Part shown: positions 1-11,393 of the stretch, one piece after another
Layout of the letters: every line of letters starts with the position of its first letter
How positions within the stretch are numbered: position 1 is the first letter of the stretch
Source of the DNA: Macrostomum hystrix
Taxonomy: Eukaryota; Animalia; Platyhelminthes
Reading direction: 5' to 3'
Assembly: GCA_950097015.1 (NCBI GenBank)
Contig: CATNEN010000001.1
Location: 17,608,001-17,672,000 of the forward strand
DNA length: 64,000 nt
Program-made: the position numbers and the translations under genes
The notes under the pieces: generated by a model
The model's input: only the letters and a program-made list of their open reading frames with translations
Told to the model about the DNA's origin: nothing
Databases searched by the model: none

Positions 1-568
1 CACTGTTTAGGAGCCCCTCCATTTATTTGACAGACAATGAAACTGTGAGCTATATAATAATAATAAAACGGAATTGAACGGAAAAGCTGATAAATGAACG
101 AATTTAATAGTGTCATTAGTCCCACGAATAAAAACAACTAACGTAAGTACACTGCCAGTCCGCTGGATAGTGCAAACATGCACGGTAAAATTGGCAGCGC
201 ACGGTAATTAGCAGATTTTATTCGCGCTCAACGAGTCCGCCGCGAGAAGGCTGACACATGGGCTCATAGCGCTTTAAAATGTAGCGCTTCACAGCACATT
301 GAATTGCATGTGCAAAGTGACCTGTATAATTTTGCTAGTTGAAAGAAATATGTGTCCAAACTTTGGGCTTACTGGTATTAATTTTAGCGCTCTTAAACTT
401 AACGCTTCACAGCACATTGTATTGCATGTGCAAAGTGACCTGCAAAAAATTTGCTAGTTGAACGAATTGTATCCAAAATTTGGGCTTACTGGTATTCATT
501 TTAGCGCTCTTAAACTTAACGCTTCACAGCACCCACACAAAAGTAGGTGCAGAGTGACTTGCTGTAAT
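1..568. repeat. Cassette-delimiting direct repeat, copy A (truncated by window edge); contains ~120-bp internal subrepeats
   Basis: 1-553 is nearly identical to 3281-3833 (offset 3280) and matches 1547-2005; the internal unit cgcttcacagcac...gcaaagtgacctg...gggcttactggtatt...cttaaacttaa is repeated. Confidence 0.95.
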
Positions 569-638
569 TGGCTCTGTCGATATACCAATTTTTCCATGGG
601 ATAGGGGTGGTATGGTATTTTGTTCCAACAGGAAGACC

Positions 639-1373
639 TCAGGTAGCAAATTTTATGGGAGACGAGGTGGGAATTTTCGGGTTATATCGGGTCAAGTTGG
701 TAGCAGATTTACGCAAGACAATAGGCGGTAAGGGTTTGACGCAATAAGGGACTCTTGGAGGAATCACAAATGGTAATGGGTTTCGACAGATTTTAGCTGG
801 AACTCGATGAGTTTCTGGCGTAGGTTTAGGACTTTTAGGAGCACCTTCAGAAGAGTTGCAGCGCTCTTCCTGCTGCTGCTGTTCTGCGGGAAGTTTTGTT
901 GACGCACTCGTCTCTTGGCTGGTTGCTGATGTAATTTGTACCTCGCCGATATCCTTGTACATCTCAACCAGGATAGATAGCTGACTAGCAGCGAACTCAA
1001 GTTCCATGTATTGGAGTGGATGCTTGTCTTCTGTAGCAAGTTTGTGAAGTTCTGCTACACGCCGCGAACCTAATTCGCGTAATTTCAGGACAGCCGCACG
1101 ACCCGAGAGGGCTTTGCGGCGGTATGTAGAGCCATATTCAGGTACGTGGCATCTCTTAAAATGCGCTCTTTGGTGAGAAATCAGAGCCCCGCATATCGGA
1201 CAGAGACACACCGGCTTCGCTTTTGAAGTCGCCTTCGCGAAGTCAATCATCGCCTGAATCCTGTCATCCTCCAGAGCGGGGTGCCTTTTCTCGCAATGCC
1301 TCCAAAGCATGTAGGATCGACCAGTCCAATTGGAACAGACAAGACAGGACACTTTCGCGTGTTTGTTGGGCAT
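639..1373 (-). CDS. Protein with two spaced C2H2-type zinc fingers and a low-complexity/Pro-rich C-terminus (transposon cargo)
   Basis: 244-aa ATG ORF with CLVC-x12-HCEKRH and CPIC-x9-HFKRCH; same spaced-finger layout as 2710-3113. Confidence 0.7.
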   Translation of the reverse strand: MPNKHAKVSCLVCSNWTGRSYMLWRHCEKRHPALEDDRIQAMIDFAKATSKAKPVCLCPICGALISHQRAHFKRCHVPEYGSTYRRKALSGRAAVLKLRELGSRRVAELHKLATEDKHPLQYMELEFAASQLSILVEMYKDIGEVQITSATSQETSASTKLPAEQQQQEERCNSSEGAPKSPKPTPETHRVPAKICRNPLPFVIPPRVPYCVKPLPPIVLRKSATNLTRYNPKIPTSSPIKFAT

Positions 1374-1414
1374 GGTAAGTTTTGTGTGTTTACAGTTTGA
1401 AGTTTAAAGTTTTT

Positions 1415-2005
1415 TTAAGTTGCCTGCTTTTCGCTGAAATCGGTGACGTATACAGGCGCAAGTATGTAATTTGTAATTATGTAAATGCTAAAAAAGGAAA
1501 ATACGTTTATCAAGCACGGCAAGCAATGAAAAAATAAGAACGAGAAACGCTGTTTAGGAGCCCCTCCATTTATTTGACAGACAATGAAACTGTGAGCTAT
1601 ATAATAATAATAAAACGGAATTGAACGGAAAAGCTGATAAATGAACGAATTTAATAGTGTCATTAGTCCCACGAATAAAAACAGCTAACGTAAGTACACT
1701 GCCAGTCCGCTGGATAGTGCAAACATGCACGGTAAGATTGGCAGCGCACGGTAATTAGCAGATTTTATTCGCGCTCAACGAGTCCGCCGCGAGAAGGCTG
1801 ACACATGGGCTCATTAAATTAGCGCTTTAAAATGTAGCGCTTCACAGCACATTGAATTGCATGTGCAAAGTGACCTGTAAAAAATTTGCTAGTTGAAAGA
1901 AATATGTGTCCAAACTTTGGGCTTACTGGTATTAATTTTAGCGCTCTTAAACTTAACGCTTCACAGCACTCACACAAAAGTAGGTGCAGAGTGACCTGCT
2001 GTAAT
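1415..2005. repeat. Cassette-delimiting direct repeat, copy B (one fewer internal subunit)
   Basis: Begins ttaagttgcctgc like 3163 and aligns with copies A and C; ends ~40 bp upstream (minus strand) of the ATG at 1373. Confidence 0.95.
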
Positions 2006-2100
2006 GTTTTATGCGACAAGTTTTGAAGAAATTTGTCTGACGCATGTGCAACAAATTCAAAATGATTAGCAGTGACTTGTTGGTACAATTTTTTGAACTT

Positions 2101-3113
2101 TTAAGATTGCAGCCAGGGAAACCTCTTTAGACACTCTTCGTCAGTTTCAGAATAATCGAAGAGCAATTCTTGCCCTTCTAGAATGTCCCGAATAGCAAAA
2201 AAAGCGATCCTGCAGACGTTCCGTCCGATTTCTTTAAATGGTGGTATCGCCCTTGGCATTAGATTTGGAGTCAACCGACTGTGATTAATAAACCGACCAA
2301 GGGAAAAACTATCAGTAGCATCTTCGCAAAGCGATTGGGAGCCATAAAAAAAGAAAAACGCAAAACAAGGTGACTCGCCTTTAGATGCCCTCTCCTGCTC
2401 TCTGGCGAGTCCTTGTTTTCTAGATATTACGGTGCCATCATAGAAGCACACGAATGAATCAGCTCTAATTAGTTCACCAGCAAAAATACCGAGACCCTTC
2501 TCGCCAGAAGGCTTCACTAAAACCTTGGCTGGGACGAAATTTGAACTTTTCCTGTAGACATCTATGCATGATCGTTGGCCAGCAGAAGATTCGCAGCGCC
2601 TGTGGGAAGTGTTGACAAGTCTTAGAAAATACAGATGGCACAGGCAGTTTGCATTTTACGTAACTAAGCTTTAAATGAGATCGTGACATGCCCTTCACAA
2701 ATTAATTACCTTTGTTCTTCCAGCTTTCCAACACAGTCGCCATCTGAGGACGGATACTTTGGCAACGGCTGATTGGAAGTAAACCACCAGAATATTTCAC
2801 CAAAACGTTTAACACCACGCTTTCGCGCGAGTCGCATGGCTGGTTGACCTGTCAGCAAAGTGTTAAGTCGCCGGAATTCGATGGTGTGAATCAGCTTATA
2901 GTGCTGCCGCAAATGTACATAGAATGTATCGCATAGCTGGCACAATTTTGCATCGGCCTTCTTCGACCAACGTAGATATTGAATGATGCATTCCGTCTTC
3001 CCTTTCGCGTTTGGATGATGCGTTTCAATATGCAGAGCGAGCCTGTCAGGTCTGGCCGAATAGGCAGATAAACCAGGAAGACATAACGGACAATCGAGCT
3101 TATCAGTGGGCAT
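2101..3113 (-). CDS. Spliced C2H2-pair + PR-Set7/SETD8-like SET-domain lysine methyltransferase (exon 1 3113-2710; exon 2 from 2620 or 2599 to 2101)
   Basis: Exon 1 has CPLC...HIETHH and CQLC...HYKLIH. The phase-2 donor AG|GTAATT at 2709 joins either of two in-frame AG acceptors. SET motifs: EKGLGIFA, FVCFYDG, EDAT, LGRFINHS, ELLFDY, C-terminal FPWL. Confidence 0.8.
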
Positions 3114-3162
3114 GCTGTCTTTTGAATTTCAAATCTGAATTTTGATTTTTTAAATAGTTTAT

Positions 3163-3833
3163 TTAAGTTGCCTGCGTTTCGCTGAAATCGGTGACGTATA
3201 TAGGCACAAGTATGTAAATGCTAAAAAAGGAAAACATGTTTATCAAGCACGGCAAGCAATGAAAAAATAAGAACGAGAAACACTGTTTAGGAGCCCCTCC
3301 ATTTATTTGACAGACAATGAAACTGTGAGCTATATAATAATAATAAAACGGAATTGAACGGAAAAGCTGATAAATGAACGAATTTAATAGTGTCATTAGT
3401 CCCACGAATAAAAACAACTAACGTAAGTACACTGCCAGTCCGCTGGATAGTGCAAACATGCACGGTAAGATTGGCAGCGCACGGTAATTAGCAGATTTTA
3501 TTCGCGCTCAACGAGTCCGCCGCGAGAAGGCTGACACATGGGCTCATAGCGCTTTAAAATGTAGCGCTTCACAGCACATTGAATTGCATGTGCAAAGTGA
3601 CCTGTATAATTTTGCTAGTTGAAAGAAATATGTGTCCAAACTTTGGGCTTACTGGTATTAATTTTAGCGCTCTTAAACTTAACGCTTCACAGCACATTGT
3701 ATTGCATGTGCAAAGTGACCTGCAAAAAATTTGCTAGTTGAAAGAAATGTGTCCAAATTTTGGGCTTACTGGTATTAATTTTAGCGATCTTAAACTTAAC
3801 GCTTCACAGCACCCACACAAAAGTAGGTGCAGA
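3163..3833. repeat. Cassette-delimiting direct repeat, copy C (complete)
   Basis: Aligns with copies A and B; lies between the KDZ stop (3908) and the ATG at 3113. Confidence 0.95.
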
Positions 3834-3907
3834 ACTTTACAAGGCAGCGCTTGACTTCAATTAAAAACACAAGTAACGGTGGAATCATCAGTACACTGGT
3901 TGGATAC

Positions 3908-6355
3908 TTAATCGGAGTCGCTATCAGAAGACTCCGAATCTTCTGAAGCAACCGCTTCATTAGCGCTCTGACTCAGTGTGCTGAGGGAGAACTTATTCAC
4001 AAGAAGATATTTTACAGCATCAGTCACGCTTTTACTTGCAACATCTTCAAGCAGTCTTCTAAACAATTTCCGAAATTGAGCGGCTAAGCCCGGCTGATTC
4101 GCTAAGTCATCACAGAGGCTCTGCAAATTAACCTGAAGGTCAACCCACTCATCTGAAATAATATGCGCTTCTTCTTTTAGGCGTTTATATTTGTTACTGA
4201 CGTCTATAGCCCGCTGACGAAATCGGATGGAAAGGTCGGTTCCAGACAAATGTTCATATTTCGCACTACGCGGTTTTTTATATTAATCGAAAGAAGCTCT
4301 GTCTTCAATTGGAAGACGAGCGTAGAGTTTTTTCATGTCGGATGCATAACTTTTAACCTTTCGCAAGCACATTCTGGTTTGACTTTGGCCAACTGACTTA
4401 CCAACCTGTTTACTCCAATGATCTCTGTGCACTGCAAGAGCGCGTAGCTCACATAGGATATCATCTTCCGAGTTGTGTACAGCTACTCGGAGGGAATCTT
4501 CATACCATTGGGAGCCTAAATCCAAAATTTCATCCTCAGAGATGACCAGACTGTCATTTAGGACCCCCGAGTGCTGCAAAATCGCAGACTGGCTTTGTAG
4601 CTCTTTTAGTTCACTTAGAATGCTTTTTCCCGCACCTACCATAAGCTTAATACGTTGTGTAAACCACCCAGAAGCGCTAAGAAGCTGTTGTGCATTAAAG
4701 AAGTATAGAATATGCGCCATGTATTGTGCTCGTCGGTCTTTTCGCATGTACTTTAAAAACTTACCGAACGGCCTGAGTTGAGACCAGGCTCGCTCAGTAT
4801 TCTCTCCATCGCATAGACCTGCGCCTGGAGTAACGCGAACAGAAAACTTTTTTTGACAACTGGGCAGGTGACCAAGAGCATGAAAAGCGTTTATTGCACA
4901 GCTACTCGCTTGAATGTTGGCACCAGACTTCGCAATAGCGGACGTAACCCGGCTGGATACGCGACAGCCTGTGAATTGGGATAAAGAGTAAGTCATGTTG
5001 TCATATAACTGTACACAAGCAACAGTATTTCATAGATTGTATGCATTTTATAAATTAATAATAAACTTACCCACGTCATATACGACAAGTAATTCCTTAG
5101 ACACTTTGACGTTTCGCAGAAAGTGTTCAAGGCACTGTTCCAGGTAGCAAAACTTTTCTCCACCAGTTGTGATATTTGAGCCACACAAAAGGCGATTGTG
5201 ACGACAGAATAATCCAAAGAAACCCGTGACATCATGTCTCTGCTCACGGCTTAATGGTTCATGAGCACCGGCCTTCCAATTAGGACAATTCTGTTCCTCT
5301 GCTCGATTTTTTGGCACATCCGCTTTAATATCTACATAGACAAGCGGCGTAGGTAATGGACGACCATCTGATGGTATTTACAGTTGTGTACGCCCCCTGG
5401 CTTTAAAGCGCTGCCAACCAAATAGAGCATCTGCACAGACAACAGTTTTGCGCACAGCGTGATTATCTGGACAGAGAAGACAATTATTTGGCCATTTTGC
5501 TGAGGCCATTTGCAGGTGGCGAAACCGCAGCAAAACATCATGTCGTTGAATGCGTTGATAAGTGCTTTTTACAAGAGCCAAATTATATGTACCTTGTCCC
5601 AGAGTTGGCCCAATGAGCAGTGTACTGACCGCTCTGTGAACAGGCAACTGCCCAGTCATACACAAACTGTCTAGCAGGGACAAAAAGGTAAAAGAAAAGA
5701 ATGCATACCCATCTGAATCAGGCTTTGACCCTTCGCAACAAGGGAAGAACCCTTGAGAAAGGAGTGCACCAATAAGATCACAGGAGTCGCAGGTAATAAA
5801 AATGACCTTTACGCTTCCAGCCAGATCTATAAGGTCAACTTTTGTAGCCGCACAGACATTCAGATTCAATTTACTAGAAGCGCAGCAAAACATTTCAAAA
5901 GCATCGTGAGTAGCATCCAGTTCCTGAAACATTAGACTCTCCTTATTCCATATGAGAAACTTGTGGGCTGAAAACTTTTTATGCGTCTCATTCTTACAGC
6001 TGGCACATAAGCTAAGTCGACAAGTAACACATCGATATACACCTTCGTGCTCATAGCAAGAGGAACACAGATTTAAGAGAAAATGCTTCTCGTAACTACC
6101 TCTGTATTTCTCAGCAAAGCTGTCAAAATCTACCCATTCAACATCTTCTACTGTAGGAGCAAAAGACTCAGGCATACCGACATCATTCTCGGTGCTAGCT
6201 TCTACTGGAACAGGAGTAGTTTCAGAAACAGGACGCCGAGATGTTGAGCCTCGATTTCGGCCGCTAATGATTGTCTTAATCTTTCTGGGTCGCCCACGAC
6301 AGCCAGTTTGCAGTGTAGCTTTGACAACACGCTTCAGTTCGATGCCGCGATACAT
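3908..6355 (-). pseudogene. KDZ (Kyakuja-Dileera-Zisupton) transposase, ~780 codons, one intron (4969-5070), two in-frame TAA stops
   Basis: N-terminal Cys/His cluster (CSSC..YRCVTC..LCASC..H..H), CxC-like region, CADALFG, GLFCRH..GEKF.Y, YDVG|C across the splice, FHALGH..CQ..F, GAGLCDGENTERAWSQL. ORFs 5378-6355, 5048-5317, 4283-4996 and 3908-4249 join in frame through TAA 5378-5380, the intron and TAA 4283-4285. Confidence 0.85.
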
Positions 6356-8985
6356 TGTCTGGAAATGAGAAAGTAATTTATAATCATTGCTCTACAGTAT
6401 TTAATATTGTAGACAGACAACTGTTTTCTATTTAATACTATAAAGTTTTATATATTCTACAATGAAATCATAGCACTTATATTCAACATATATTCCCACA
6501 AGTATTGTGGCCATGTAACTACAGTCTGTGGAGATTGCTGACCTGCACTTGGGCGTCATTTCTATACACTTGCTTGAATATAAAGAATTGAACATTTACT
6601 TAAAAATTTGCACACAAATCCCGTTTTCTCACTCTCAAAAATTAACACATTACTGCCACCCATGGACTCCATGGAATGTGACAAAGATTGGCAGACTTGG
6701 GGTGGCAGTTTGCTCAGCTTTGCCAGGGCCAGACTGTCATGCTGCAGTGTCCAGCTGCAGCTATTCTGCCGGACACACTGCAGTTGTTCTGCCTAGATGA
6801 TCAGCCTGTCTGATACTGATACCAGCATGGACTTCTCTAATCCTCCAATGGATTGCCACTAATCTCAGTCTAATACCCTCTCAAGTGATTGATTTCAAGA
6901 TTTCAAGTTCACGATTTACGATTGATAGATATAAATATTGATCTTAAGTTCAAGGTCCACTGGAAAGAAGCCTTTATGTGCAAAGAGTATGCATTAGTTT
7001 TTTGAGATCTTGCCCTATTAACTATTTACTTTATTTACTATTTACCAAAGCCTACTTGACTCAATGTTAAAGTTACTTATATTGGTGGTGCATGTCACAT
7101 ATTACATTGTTTATAATTTCTTTCTGGCACACAGAGCCACCTTTTTGACTCTGGGAGTAGGCTAGGAGGCTAGGTCTAAAGACCAAATGAAATTAGTGAC
7201 TGTGTTGCTTCATAAAAAGTTGCAGAGCTTGTTACACTGTTAAGCAAGAAATGCAAAGAAACTAGCAGCAGAACTTAATAAATAAAAGTGAATATTATAG
7301 TCGGACAACTGTTTCTAATTTAATACACACTGGCACAACCTCTAACAAAATTTTGGATTAACCTATCTTCAATGTTAACTAAATATGAGTAAATGCTTAT
7401 AGGCACTAGCTATAGTACTGGTTTACTGCCGAGTTAACTAGTTTCTAACCTGCCAAAGATAGTCAGATAATATTTCCTATTCAATACTAGCTATCTAGAG
7501 TGTTATATTACATCATATTAACCATGTAATTTTGCCATATAGCGACATATGTTATTTTCCAACTGACATTGTTTAGACATTTATCGAGTTTTTAATTACC
7601 TTGTGCAAATGACTCTGATTTGTCCAAAACTAAGTGAAGAGTGAAGTAAACAATACAAATATTTTTCTTTTTAACCTTAATTACGATTTACGAAGAACGA
7701 AATTAGCTACCAAAGTGGCAATAATCTAGAAAAAGTAACAGTAATGTGGAATGATTGCAATTGGTACAATCTTGTACTTTTTTGTCCCGATTTACCTGCC
7801 TTTCACTTTCAGTTGAACTCAAAGAGAAAATTAAATTACAAAATTAATTAAAATTCAGTTCAAAATTAAAATTTGAAAAAGTTAAAAACAACATGGCGCA
7901 CAACTCCGACGAACATGCATCTGAAATTATTTAAACCGCGCCAAAAAAATCTGCAGAGCCTTCTTTATGTACATTTTTAAGAACATAATTATTTGTTTTT
8001 TCAAAGCAGTATTAAGTAGCCTATAACTTTATTACGATTTTGTTTTTTTAAACTTGAACGCTACGAGTACGTTACGGTTTACATACGTAAGTTGCGGGTA
8101 ATATCGAGCCGATCTTCAAGAAAGGAAAATAATGTGTTTCGTAGCTAATTATTTGGAATACCGTGGTTTTTCGAGAATTATTAAATTAAGACCTAATATA
8201 CCAGAAAGTCTTACGGTTTCCCTACTTTGTAGCAGAACACGAAAGCTCAGACACTTTTATTAAAAATATATAATATTTGTAGATGAATTAACTAAATCGA
8301 TGTTTCAGTAGGTTGAACTCGTGCGATTATACTGCTTTTGCGACAGAATGCAATGACTTTGCATCAATTAGATTTATAAATTGGTCGATTATTTATCATG
8401 TTGATTTCTGTCGGAAAGGTTAAATGTTCCGGAAACTTTATGTAACTCTAAACAAAGTAAAACATTTAGATACTGGTGTGAGGCATTGCACTTCGTACCC
8501 TACAAAATTTAAACGCTGTTTTGCCGTTTTTATGCAGTATGTGTTTAAAAAATCTTTTAGCGAACTATTTTCGCTTCAACCTTTCTTTTAAGTTACTTTT
8601 ATGCTTTAAAAATAATGATTTTTGCCTTGCTGGTCTTTATTTAAAACTTTATGGATTACATGCAATGACAAAAATAAGTAGAATGTTTGGTGCAACGATA
8701 AATCGATGACTTTCGTTACGGGTGCTAATAATTTTGACTTTTGCTGAGTATTTGTAATATTGACGTTCACCCTTTTGGTTTTTGAAGCTTTGCAGATAAA
8801 ATTTGGGGACCTGCTGGACCCGTCGTTAGATAATGGAGCGATTCGCTAGCTCGCGATATATTTGCTTGCGTTGCTAATATTGCGTTGCGAATTTGATCGC
8901 TACGATGGCCATTGCTTAAAATAAGTAAGCACAAGCTGCAGCCTGCAGCCAAAAAAGTAATAAATTACTAATTAGTAAGCCAAAT

Positions 8986-9925
8986 TACTAATAAATAGTA
9001 ATTCTTCGTTGTATATGGGCAATGTCATGTGGTGAAACTGGTAGCACGTCAGCCTGACAACTGCGGGTCGTTGGTTCGACTCATTTTTATTTAAATTAAT
9101 GATTATATGTTTTGCAGAACAACAAGAAACCAGAACATCATATAAGCCTACTCATTTCTTAATCCGGCTGAGTAAGAAAAAAGCGGTTTTACGCTGATTT
9201 ACATAAATATCAGCACTATACAGTACACTCGAAGCACCAAAGGAATCACATACAGTAGGATAGCCTATATGTTTTGAAAAACTCTGAAAAAGTATTCGAA
9301 CGAAAGAATATACTAATAAATAGTAATTCTTCGTTGCATATGGGCAATGTCAAGTGGTGAAACTGGTAGCACGTCAGCCTGACAACTGCGGGTCGTTGGT
9401 TCGACTCATTTTTTATTTAAATTAATGATTATATGTTTTGCAGAACAACAAGAACATCATATAAGCCTACTCATTTCTTAATCCGGCTGAGTAAGAAAAA
9501 AAGCGGTTTTACGCTGATTTACATAAATATCAGCACTATACAGTACACTCGAAGCACCAAAGGAATCACATACAGTAGGATAGCCTATATGTTTTGAAAA
9601 ACTCTGAAAAAGTGTTCGAACGAAAGAATATACTAATAAATAGTAATTCTTCGTTGTATATGGGCAATGTCAAGTGGTGAAACTGGTAGCACGTCAGCCT
9701 GACAACTGCGGGTCGTTGATTCGACTCATTTTTTATTTAAATTAATGATTATATGTTTTGCAGAACAACAAGAACATCATATAAGCCTACTCATTTCTTA
9801 TTCCGGCTGAGTAAGAAAAAAAGCGGTTTTACGCTGATTTACATAAATATCAGCACTATACAGTACACTCGAAGCACCAAAGGAATCACATACAGTAGGA
9901 TAGCCTATATGTTTTGAAAAACTCT
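8986..9925. repeat. Tandem repeat, ~320-bp unit x3, each unit containing a tRNA-like segment
   Basis: Units start at 8986, 9311 and 9631 with near-identical sequence. Confidence 0.95.
9342..9414 (+). ncRNA. tRNA-like Pol III unit (A box, B box, oligo-T terminator); sister copies at 9017-9088 and 9662-9734
   Basis: GTGGTGAAACTGGTAGCAC (A box/D arm), CAG-CCTGACAA-CTG (anticodon-like arm), GGTTCGACTC (B box), immediately followed by TTTTTT; no 3' acceptor strand. Confidence 0.5.
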
Positions 9926-9959
9926 TAAATTAAGAAAACTCTTAAAGAATTTATTTTTC

Positions 9960-10205
9960 CAAACATATCGGCAGCATCCGAACCCCACAGAATTGCCGCA
10001 CAGAACTGCTTTATTCCACGCCAGCCGGAATTATTATTACCCGACGAAATGTCGGTACTCATCTGCAGCTGAGTAGACTGTGTGCACATCAGGGCAAAGC
10101 AGCTTGCCAAGGGCTGCACGAATAGTTCTAGACTAGGTCGGGAGTCGAACCCAGGACCAGAGTCCGAGTGATCCAGAGTCCGACACCTTACTGACTGAGC
10201 TATCC
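9960..10205 (-). mobile_element. tRNA-derived SINE
   Basis: Minus strand reads GGATAGCTCAGTCAGTAAGG (A box)...GGGTTCGACTCCC (B box), then a central region CCCTTGGCAAG...CTACTCAGCTGCAGATGAGTACC; 3' boundary approximate. Confidence 0.65.
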
Positions 10206-11393
10206 GCCCTCATGGGCAACCTCTCCCCCTCCTCCTTCCCCCCCGTCACCTTCCTATCCCATATCCGAGGCCCACACCAGGAGCGCACCCTGGGCCCATG
10301 GGCTGGGCCCATGAGCTGCGATCGGCTAGCCCAGCTCACCTCACCATGAGGGCACCCTGGCTAGGCGCATAATAAACGCATGAGCTGGGGCCGGCTAGCC
10401 CGCGGCCATAGACTGTAACTTCGTCTCATTGGTCATAGATGCCAATTAGTTATGCTAGTACTAAAACACCTTGGTATTTATACTCACAAAAAACTCACCA
10501 CCAAGTGGGGGAAACCTACTTTTAGTAGAGTCTACTCACAGTAGTATAACACAAGATGACAATAAATAAATAACTAACATTAAATAATTTTAAAGGTCCT
10601 GTGCAGGCGGGGGTTTTTGGTGTGGGTTTTTCACACCCCAGACCTTCGTACTATCCAAAAAATCAAAACTATCAAATTAAAATATCAACTATCATCAAAT
10701 TTATTAAAAGTTATTAATCAAATTAAAGGTTAACTTTGTGATAACCCGCGCACTGGGGTGTTTTCCCTCACCTTTTTCTCCCTCGCACACTGCACATGGC
10801 CTATTTGTTTTACTATAGAGATGCACCATTGTTTTAATTTGCTCATCATGCATGTACCTACTTTGCTCACGTGAATGACCAAAATAACCAATAACTTTCC
10901 AATCTCTAAAATCTAAACTCGCTACTTTTAAATAATTTACAAACAAGTAATATGTTTTAAACAATAATTACCAAATATATATATTTCTTTTATGTAGCGT
11001 AAGAGCTTCGGCTGATGCGCGGGGAGCAGGACGTAAAAACCCTGTGTTTTACCCCAAACTTGATAACAACAACAATTCAGTTCTTCATGCGTTTACGTTT
11101 GCGATTCACGTTGCCTTTTACGTTTCATTCGCATCCGAGACAGCAATCTATTTTGGCAAACTAGGTTATATACTGCATTTTGAAGCAGAGTATATAACCC
11201 ATTTCAGTAGAGTCATAAGAGTTAGCCAGACATAGGTTAACTGAGAAGGTACAAGAATACTTGCAATCTTAGCCTGACTACCAGGTTGCTCCACTGCGAC
11301 GACGCACCAGTGTTGAGGCCGGAAAAGATCCTCTCAGAATCTAGTTCCTGTCTTGGTCATTTTAGCAATTGTGTGTGCCACGCTACCACAGTT

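Noticed and set aside
1415-1672. Hydrophobic ORFs 1415-1672 and 3163-3417
   Set aside because: Lie within the AT-rich direct repeat, with non-ATG starts and no domain signal.
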